The notes under the pieces were generated by a model that saw only the letters and a list, made by a program, of their open reading frames with translations, had not been told where the DNA came from and did not search any database. The position numbers were made by a program, and so were the translations under genes. A stretch of DNA of 62,834 nucleotides, counting the filler, from Kipferlia bialata (taxonomy: Eukaryota): NCBI GenBank assembly GCA_003568945.1. It is 6 parts of 6 records of this genome, joined end to end, with 100 filler letters (N's around TTAATTAATTAA, not from the genome) between each part and the next. Parts side by side here need not be neighbours in the genome. Positions count along the whole stretch, not along the records: positions 52,460 to 62,834 come from BDIP01001441.1; 5 more parts are not named here. The stretch is one strand, 5' to 3'. Shown piece after piece: positions 52,520 through 62,834 of this stretch. How positions within the stretch are numbered: position 1 is the first letter of the stretch; every line of letters starts with the position of its first letter.

Positions 52520-54210
52520 CTCATTCTAAGTATGGCTGGCAGCGCATTCCTAGGCACCATTGCATATGCTCTGTTTCCCTTAACCTCGGCATGGACGGCA
52601 GCTGATATCCGTCTGAGAGTGTCGTATCTCTTGCGAGATATCAAGTAGAGAATGCCACAGACACACTCGTCGCCCTCGCCCTCCTCCTCCTCGTCCTCTC
52701 TCTCTCTCTCTCCCTCGATACCCTCAGGTGTGTAGGACCGAGAGACTGCATAGAGCAGACCGGGCTGGGCGCCGTCCCTAGAGGGTTAGAGATATAACGG
52801 CGCGTAGAGATTTTACTATGTCTACATATACAATGCAACACTGCACATATATCTACATACCTAATCGAGGTTACCACGGCTGACACACTGGTGTCTGATG
52901 GTGCCACTGCATCTGAGCCTGGGAGTTAGGGGAGAGAGAGAGTGAGAGAGAAGGAGGGAGATAAGGAGAGACAGAGACAGAGGAAGACATGGATAGAGTC
53001 TTCTTCACCTTGTCGATAATATCGACCCGATACATATTGGGCCGCGCCTGGGTATACATGGACCATATACATACTCTTTCTACTGCTTCTATCATCATAC
53101 CTGGGTACACAGTGGGTGCTGGACAGAGAGAGAGAGCACAGGCCAGGTGGAGGCGTCTGGGTGGGGGGGCATGGGAGCCTAGGGATGAGCTATACATACG
53201 TATACTAGGCTATATAAATTTATACATGCATATATACTAGGGAGGGGACATGGGAGCCTAGGAGTGAGGCACGGAGGGAGATACAAAGCAAATATATACG
53301 ACTTGATACACTAGTAGTGTATAGACACACATGCCATACCTATCCACTAACAAGACGGTGTCACCGCTGCCTTTGCACTGAATACTCTCTCTCTTTCTCT
53401 CTCTCTCTCCCCCTCTATATCTATAATCTACATAATATAATATACGTATACATATACACTGTATACTGTACCTATCCACTGCCACGAGGGTGTCACTGCT
53501 GCCTTGGCGCTGTATCTCTTGTGCCGCAACTCCTCGGGCAGTCTCAGTACCCTTGCCCTGGTGCCCGGGCCTAGAGGGGTTAGAGTGTACACAATCAAGT
53601 AATTCCCATATCTTGACCCATCTACATATGTATATATAGTACCTGATACTAGAGCATCGTGCACATTGGTGAGTGCCATGCATGTCACAGGGGTAGGAGT
53701 ACATATATATATACTATTAGTATTATATATATATATACATATATACCTGTATATATATGTATATATAATACCTGATATCAATGCATCGTGCACATTGGTG
53801 AGTGCCATGCATGTCACAGAGGTAGGAGTATATATACTCATATATATATAATGTACATATTCACTATATACAATACCTGCTACCAATGCATCGTGCACAT
53901 TGGTGAGTGCCATGCATGTCACAGGGGTGGGTGTCAGGTCCTCCGCCACTGGTACCAGACTGAATGTATCGGGGTCATAGGCATAGACCCTGATGCCTGG
54001 AAGTGAGATGTATAGAGAGTATAGCCAGTTATATATATATGTATACTGTTAAGTGCATAGACATAGGCATAATACCAGATGCCTAGCAGTGAGATGTATG
54101 TATAATATAAAAAATAGGTACAGGCATACTAAACACACATATTCACACTCACCTGATATCTTTGTGGCCACCCAAACAACAGAACACATATATAGTATAT
54201 ATACCCATAA

Positions 54211-54246
<36 letters not shown>

Positions 54247-57018
54247 ATACCTGATGTCTTTGTGGCCTACATATAAACATACATATACATATAGATATAA
54301 ACATACATATACATATAGATACAAACATACATATACATATATATACAAACATACATATATACATACATACCTGATGTCTTTGTGGCCACCCACAGCATAC
54401 TCTCATGGGCCACGAGGAGTCTGGAGTGAGGATATATATCATATATATCATCTATATACACTATCATAAATGAATCATTACGTATGAGTTGTGAGAATAT
54501 TCTGTTTTAGCTCTATATTATGCATGTGTACACATGATGTATCTCATGGGCCACGAGGAGTCTGGGGTGAGTATATATATTATAGATGTATCATATGCAC
54601 ACCATGTGTACACTAGCAGTATGTGGTGACGTGTATACCATTGTATACCATACAGTATCTATATACAATGTAGTGTATACCATACCTGGGTACATGCACT
54701 GCCATGTGTGTGACATCAGTACTATATGTGTATATATAGTATGTGTGTAATGATGGATATATAGTATATACTGTATATACCTGGGTACATGCACTGCCAT
54801 GTGTGACAAGAGCAATATACCGGATACAGCATATATATACAGTATATTATGTATATACATCTAGGTATATGGTACACTGTATATACCTGGGTACATGCAC
54901 TGCCATGTGTGTGAAATCATTACTATATGTGTATAGTGGATATAGTGGATATACATATTGACTGTACTCATACCTGGGTACGTGCACTGCCATGTGCGTG
55001 ACATCAGTCAGACCAGACACAGTCAGACAGGCATACTCCACAGCACGGGTGGAACCTGGCCTGAGTAACCTGAGCCTGATCCCAGTATGATCACCACACA
55101 CACTCTCTCCCCCTTCCTCTGTGTCCAGTGTGTGTATGGCAGTGGCCACAACCACAGCCACACCGTCCCAGAGCTAGGTGTCAGAGAGAGAGAGAGAGCG
55201 AGCGAGCGAGAGAGAGAAACAGAGAGAGAGAGGAGACATAGTGTGGCATAGCCACCCACCTCTGCGCATGTGACAGTCTCTCTCTCCCTCCCTGCACCCT
55301 CAATATCAGGTGGTGTCCAGTACAGTCTGGACCATGTACTAGGGACACTCTCTCCTTCCCCACCCTCCACCTTCACTGGCATGTGCATGTTATTATGCAT
55401 GTTATGCATGTTGTCATGCATCTCGCTGCTGGGCTCACCGACATGCACATCAAACACAACCTGTCGGGACGATGCTTGGCTCTCTCTCTCCCTGACGTGG
55501 CATACCAGAGTGCAATGGCCACCTGGGGGTTAGTGTGCTATTCTATTCTATATGTATACATAACAAAAAACACAAGACACCACTAGTATTACAACTATAT
55601 ATATACGTTACAGATTTATAAGTATATATCCATCATACCTATGTCCGTGCTATCTGGGTATGCCCCCATGTGGACTGGCACAGCCCCACCCCTCTCCCCT
55701 CCCACCCGTGTCCACTCTCTCTCCCCCTCCCCCTCAGTGTATGCATCCATACACCCAGGGGTCACATCCGGTGACAGACTGGCCAGTCTAGAAGGGAGCA
55801 AGGGTACAGGGTGGGGGCTATCCCGCTCCATGTCTATGTCTTGGCTGGTGCCTGTGACACAGAACAACTGGCCACAGAGCACGGATACAAGGTGCAGGTT
55901 GGGGCCTGGATATCAATATAGCACTAATACAGTGTGTATTGAGTGAATAGTACATACACATATATATATACCAAGATACTAATGCTAACGTAACACTACT
56001 TGCAACATATACTTGGTGCGGGTAGAGATCTGGTGCAAAGATGCCTATACACCTGCTATCTCCACTAGGAGGTCAGGTAAGAGTATAACACACATTCATA
56101 CTTACAGTTTCTATATTCGTATATCTTCAGACAGTTATTCACACCCACCTGCTATCCCCACCAACAGGTCAGGCAGAAGTGCTTGGTTGGCAAAGAATAC
56201 AGCACCGGCTAATGATACTGAGGTTAGAGTGTTTAGAGCGAGATGGAGAGAGTAAGGGAGAGACTTCGTGCAAAGAGGACAACAGAACCAGCGTCGAACA
56301 GTAAGATCAGAATTATCATAGAAATAGAGTAGATCTACCAGGAAATGTACATATATATTATTAACAACCTGGCACATCGACTGGTACAAAGGGACACTAG
56401 TCATAGTGTGTATGTAGACATATATGTATGGACTGTATGTGTATACAATACTGTGTGTGTGTCTTTAGTATACCTGGCACATCCACTGGTACAAAGGAAC
56501 ACTAGCCAGAGTGATATACATATATATCAACACCTATCAATATATATCGATATATGTATATATATGTATGTACACACCTGGCACATCGACTGGTACAAAT
56601 GGCAGGGGCACAGCAGGGGAGACAAGGACAGGGCGGGTGTCCTGGGGGTGAGGTATGGGAACATGCAGATATGTAGAGAGGGAGAATAGAACTCAAAATT
56701 ATCAGAACCCATGCTAGGTAACACGAGGTGAAAGTGTGAATCCAGGTGTATATATCCCACTATACACACTATACATATGTATATATAGTGTATCTCATAC
56801 TCTAGTGCCCATGCTTGGAAACACCAGCTGTGAGGGTGTGTATTAATGTATACATATACCATTATATGTAGTATACATAGATTACTACTATATATACACT
56901 ATATCATACCCTAGTGCCCATACTAGGGAATACCAGCTGTGAGGGTGTGTCTCTCAGGGCACTGAAGGGGGCTGGGATGACAGCAGAGGGGGCCTCAATG
57001 TAAGAAGAGAGAGAGGGA

Positions 57019-57060
<42 letters not shown>

Positions 57061-60000
57061 ACTGAAGGGGGCAGGGATGACAGCAGAAGGGGCCTAGGGG
57101 TTAGAGGATACATACATACATATTTAAGTATACATGTATATTTGCAGAGAGAGAGAGAGAGAGCACTGAAGGGGGCAGATAACGGCAGATGGGGCCTAGA
57201 GGTAAGAAGAGAGAGAGGTGTCCATACTCATATGTACCAGTTCCCACCTGTTCGAACAGGGGCAGTGCCCGTATCTGGGTAAATTTATATATATTCAGGT
57301 ACATACAAGTACATATTGAATAAGAGAGAGAGAACTACTCGACCCTACCTGTTCGAACAGGGGCAGTGCCCGTATCTGGGCCAGGGTGCCACTGAGAAGG
57401 TCGAGGCGGAATTGGACAAGCCTTATGTTAGAAATATATGATATATATACATGAGAGGGGGATAGAGAGAGTGTGTTCTGAAGGTCACCATTAAGAAGGT
57501 CCAAGCGGAACTGGACTAGTCTAGGGTGAGAGAGTGATGGAGAGGGAGGGAAAGATATGGTTAGAGACAGAGAACTCTCAAGGTTGAGGCAGAACTGGAC
57601 TCGTCTCTCACCTTCCATCCGCTGTGTCCACTGAGAGAACATCACTATATATATATATATACTAGTATATATATACTAGTCTCTCACCTCCCATCCGCTG
57701 TGCCCACTGAGAGTATCTGGGCAGAGGACGCAGAGGGGGGCTGGGGGTTAAAGAGAGAGAGATAGAGAGGGAGGGAGAGAGAGAGAGAGTATGGGAAGAG
57801 GAGGCAGAAGGGGGCTGGGGTGAGAGTAAGGGGGCACATTTATATATATATACATCTATTCATATACTTACAGATAGAGAGCGTGGGGGGGGTTAGATAT
57901 AATACATATAGTATATCTCTATATATATAGATTTCTATACATGCCAACAAATGTATGCATCATGTGTACTGCTCTTACTGCAGACCAGACACTATGTATG
58001 AAATAATTCAACTGAATACAATAGTTCGCTTCCATATGTATAGTAATCCTACATACTCTACCTGCCACTGCTCCCTCTGACAGAGCAGACAAATGGTGCA
58101 AATAGTCATACTTATATTAATACATATATAGGTAATATATACATACCACTATATGTCTATACATAGATACGTAGGTGTATTCTATACCTGCCACTGCTCT
58201 CTCTGGCACAGCAGGCACCTAGGGGCCACACCCCTCACCTCGGTCCTGGGGTGAGAGAGATATAGAGATGTATTTATATACGTATTCAATCGATACATAC
58301 ATTACACTGCCAATCACAGAGGAAGCATTTACAATATGTATGTGTTCCATGAAGGTAGAGATCGTAAACGTAGGTCCCAAGAGAATATACAGTACCTCGG
58401 CTTAATGAAGTTTGCCGGTGACAGCCACAGGACACGGACACAGTCATCACCAGTGGCAGCGATGACTGAAGGGTGAGAGATATTCATGGATACAAATAGA
58501 GATACACATGCATATTGTACAATGTATTGTGGTGCTTTTGAGTATACATGCAATATTACGGACACAGTCATCACCAGTGGCAGTGAAGACTGAATCGTTA
58601 GAGATTCACATATATATATATATATCCAAATGCAAATACACCTATCAGTCTATATATATAGATACACTGACCTATGTCACTGGTTGGTGCGTCTGGCAGG
58701 GCCATGGCAGTCACAGGCATGCTGGGAGTGAGAGTGTGATTATACACTTGCATACATATATATATATATATATATATCCATATATGTATGTGTGTATAAT
58801 ATACTACTTAATCCATATAATATGTATTCGTTACCTGTTCCTAGCGCAGACTATTATACATATAACCGATATAGTCAACATGCATACCTGTTCCTAGCGC
58901 ATGTGATCTCCCTCAATGCCCCTGTGACTGGGTATACATACAGTACTACACATACCATTCATACAGTATACTATATACACGGTACTATCTATATGCATCC
59001 ATACCTATTCCTGGCGCATGTGATCTCCCTCAATGCCCCTGTGACTGGGTGGATGCCCAGGAGATAGAGGTCGGCAGAGGTGCAACCAATGACGACCTGG
59101 GGTTATATATATATATATATGTATAGTTAGGGTGACAGAGNNNNNNNNNNNNNNNNNNNNNNNNNNNATATATATGTATAGTTAGGGTGACAGAGAGAGA
59201 GATAGAGGTCGGCAGAGGTGCAACCAATGACAACCTAGGGTTATATATATATATAGAGAGAGAGAGTAAAATCGAGAGAGATGCATATTGTTCAACGTAA
59301 TGGTTATTCAGTCACTGCTCACTTGAATCACACTCACATATACAGACTATATATCCTACCATTCCATACAATATATACGTATTGTATGGAATCTATGTAT
59401 ACATAGAGAGAGTGAGGTATGCCTGGTTGTCATTGGCCACTGCACACTTGGCAGCCCATATAAACCAAGCATATTCAACATATGATATATACTCTGTTAG
59501 TCTTGCTACAAATACGCACATCTATATTAATATATATATATACTAATATATATATATATATTGTAATGCATCCACCTGGTTATCATTGGCCACTGCACAC
59601 TTGGCAGCCCCTGCCCTAGACGGGACATGCCACGTCTGGATCTGACATATTAGAACACACACATATGTATACATTTCAATGTGAATATGTATGGGTATCC
59701 ACTATCATGAATGGGACAGGACTGGACTTGGCAATCTTAGTATATGTACAACAATACACACATATATCCATTGCATAGCAGTAAGATGAGCAATATACAC
59801 TGTTCATACCTGCCACCACCTATACTAATGGTCTGATGACACTTAAAACTATATAAATAATAAACTATATAATAATATCTGATAATAATTGAGAGGTATA
59901 TAACGTAAATATGTGTGAGGTCCACAATGAATGGTATATCCACATATGACACACACAATATACACACCTGGGGTGCCTCTCCCCCGTCCCCTGGTCTGAT

Positions 60001-62413
60001 GACATGCACGGCGTCGGGGGTGACCTAGAGAGTAAGTATGTATTAGATTACGGACACAATACATACATATTCATATATAGGCTTCAATGTAATACCTGTA
60101 AGTACCACTTGTTGGCTATGGTCCTAGCACACAGGGTCACAATGTCCTGGACAAAGCCTCTGGGGGTAGATGTATACACATAAAGAGAGGAGAGGAGAGA
60201 CATATATATATACATACATATATATATATACATATATATATCACAGGGTCACAATGTCCTGGACAAAGCCTCTGGGGGGTAGAAGAATACAAGTATTACT
60301 GGGTGGCATCCGTCTCTGTGACATCTAAAAATACGTAAACACTGAAACTATACCTGAATACTACTAAAACCATACGCAAGAAATTGTACATTTAACCCCA
60401 ATAGTATATACATAGTACACGCCTAGAAATACCTGCTGTCCTCTACCTCTGTGACATTCGATTGAATATACTTACCCCTTCCTATACACTACTCATTATT
60501 TAATATAATATGCACCTATATATGGTATAGTACATATGTATAATACCTGCTATCCTCTGCCTCTGTGACATCGGACTAACACATATACATACCCCATACA
60601 CTATCCATAAAATTACATATACATACCTGTCTATATATGATGCAGTACACGTATATAATACCTGCTGTCCTCTGCCTCTGTGACATCGGACTGGGCATCA
60701 AACACAATGGTGCTGGGGTCAAATAGAGATAGAGACATGTGTATAGAGAGAAAGAGAGGGAGAGAGAAACAGGGAGAGAGGAGGACTGGGCATCAAACAC
60801 AATGGTGCTGGGGTTAGAGACAAGTGGATGTATATATAAATATGTATATATAGAGAGAGAGAAAGAGAGAGATAGAGAAATAGTGTGTGTGTATGTGTGT
60901 GTGTGTGTGTCGTACAATACAGAAGTGGGTTAGGTATAATTAGGAAGTCAAATGGAATGTCCATTATATACTGTTAGAACAATAGTGTACCCATACCTCC
61001 CCAGAGTTGACACCAGGATGATGTTGTCCTCCTCCGGCCCCTCTGCCTCTCCCTCTCCTCCCTCTGCTAGAATATTGATATTGGCAGAGGGGGAGGGGGG
61101 GAGGGTCCTGCTCAGGCTGAAGACCTATGGGTGAGAGAGAGAGAGAGAGAGAGAGAGAAGGCATATTGACAGAGGGGGAGGGGGGAAGGGTACGAATCAG
61201 ACTGAATACCTGACCTGAAAGGTAAACAAATATGATGCAATAGATATAGATAGAGTATTGACGTGGAAATTTACGTATACACTGCGCATACCACTATATA
61301 CTCTACCCTCTATATATATATATAATGCACTATACGCTGAATACTATATACTATACATACTCAAGTCACCATACAAATACAATGTACTCACCATGATGGC
61401 TGGACTTGGCAGGTCTAGACTGCCCACCTCCTCACAGGGTATCTGACCAAGGGCTATAGGGGCCACAGAGCCTGTGGATGAGAATACATGTTACAATATA
61501 CTGTAACTGAAACATACAGATACACACCATCCCATATCTGTCTATATATATACATATATCCTTTGTATATACTCACCATCCCCTATCCTGGCTGGCACTG
61601 TCACAACACCCCTGGGCCTCTCAACCTGGCAGTGAGTGCAGGAGATGGTTATATGTATATATGTGTATATATAAAGCAGAGAATGACAACAATGTGTCAC
61701 AAAGGATAGTAACTGTGAAAGTCCAAACCCTGGGCCTCTCAACTGGTGGGCGTGAGTACTGTGTATGCACATGAACTAGTAGAATACAACTTATGGAAGT
61801 ACATACACTGGAAGTGCCAATTACAGTATCAACACTTTTGTGTAACCGCTATTACAGTGTGTATACACGGACGTACCTCCGGCTCCCCCTGGCTCAGCAG
61901 GTTGGCATTGTCACGCTGGGGGTGAGACCGATCTATAGAGAATTATACATATACACATATACAATATACACATCCATACATGAGCCGGTCAATAAAGTAG
62001 TCGTGTGGCTAGGCTGTGTTAGAGATGAATCAACCACCTTTGTCCAGACATATGATTACATAGTATATATATACTATCCATACGTGGCTAGGCTGTGTCT
62101 GGGATGTATCCACAGTGTGCCCTATACATATTCACTCATATATTTGTATAAATACACACACATACATATATAGTCTAATGCATATATATAGTCTTATATA
62201 CCTGGGTAGGCTGTGTCTGGGATGGATCCACAGCCAATATAACTTCATATATAAAGGTATATATACATACATCACTATATACAATATGTACCTGGCTAGG
62301 CTGTACATAGAAATCTATACATCTATCCATATATATAGTCTACCTGGCTGGGCTGTGTTTGGGATGGGTCCTGTGCCCCGTCCTGTGCAGAGGGGTCAGG
62401 CTCAATGCGGTGG
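52520..62413 (-). CDS. SF3B3/Rse1 (SAP130)-like DDB1/CPSF1-family beta-propeller protein, many exons, truncated at both ends
   Basis: Spliced GFVQDIVTLCARTIANKWYLQVTPDAVHVIRP...TWHVPSRAGAAKCAVANDNQVVIGCTSADLYLLGIHPVTGALREIT...MPVTAMALP...VIAATGDDCVRVLWLSP...LSVGTADGRLVQFRLDLLSGTL is collinear with the second propeller of SF3B3 as I recall it (QVYPDGIRHI, KCAVNQRQVVI, VDNTVRIISLDP, LDPVTGDLSDT). Confidence 0.7.
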
Positions 62414-62549
62414 CTGGGATTAGACACATACATACACATCTATATACAGAGAGAGAGAGAGAGAGATATTGTGCCCCGTCCTGTGCAGAGGGGTCAGGCT
62501 CAATGTGGTGATTATGGGTGTTAGAAGCAGTAGTATACATATATATATC

Positions 62550-62591
<42 letters not shown>

Positions 62592-62834
62592 ATAAGGTGT
62601 CAGGCTCAATGAAATGACTGGGTTAGGATATACAATGGAGAAGGATATACATGCGCAGAGATAGAGAGAGAATGTATGTCCAATCAAGAGGTATCAGAGG
62701 CCCAATACCATGAATAGGGAAGAGACGCAGTTGAAGCATATATATATATAGAGAGAGAGGGGGGGAGAGGACCAAATAATGTATGGAAGTGGATGAAAAT
62801 GAGAAGGGGGGGGCGGGGGGGGGGGGGGGGGAGA

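Larger units (their letters stand above)
1..62834. promoter_or_regulatory. Splice-site grammar: GT donors and a branch point fused to the acceptor (YTNAC-N1-4-YAG)
   Basis: Acceptors read CTAACGTGTAG (1399), CTCACTTTCAG (2598), CTAACTCCAG (3344), CTCACTCTAG (4239), CTCACCCAG (6782), CTTACCCTAG (49792), CTTACCTCAG (50074) and CTAACCCTAG (51295). A branch point adjacent to the AG is typical of metamonad introns. Confidence 0.8.

Noticed and set aside
54049..54469. ORFs with YIYIY, ERERE or LSLSL repeats here and throughout the window
   Set aside because: Translations of intronic (TA)n/(GA)n microsatellites with no coding signal.

Overview
Eukaryotic, intron-dense genomic DNA, made of six unrelated contigs of about 10.4 kb (10397, 10396, 10392, 10389, 10385, 10375 bp; sorted by size) joined by artificial N44-TTAATTAATTAA-N44 linkers. 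Short GT-AG introns whose branch point (YTNAC) sits 1-4 nt from the YAG acceptor, (TA)n/(GA)n-filled introns and divergent ribosomal proteins suggest a free-living metamonad, probably Kipferlia bialata (inference). The ORF track is mostly noise because real genes are split into 40-200 nt exons. Genes I spliced by hand: an LBP/BPI-family lipid-binding protein, two pentapeptide-repeat proteins, a USP20/33-like deubiquitinase (His box plus two DUSP-like domains), long-form tRNase Z, RPL12, RPL6, an SF3B3/Rse1-like propeller protein, a GET4-like first exon and several unknown proteins. Contig 2 is a field of decayed repeats. Main finding: in five of six contigs the introns hold stacks of partial exon copies ('exon echoes'). 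Copies of an exon's 3' half plus its GT donor lie downstream of it, and copies of the branch point/AG acceptor plus its 5' half lie upstream. These half-exons cannot be spliced in canonically, yet they differ from the exon mostly at synonymous sites, including Leu TTA/CTC/CTG swaps, a Ser TCT/AGC switch and synonymy across a splice junction. Neutral duplication does not predict this. It points to a system of protein-constrained, interchangeable half-exon cassettes that I do not recognise as described (possible mechanisms: recombination, gene conversion or allele capture).
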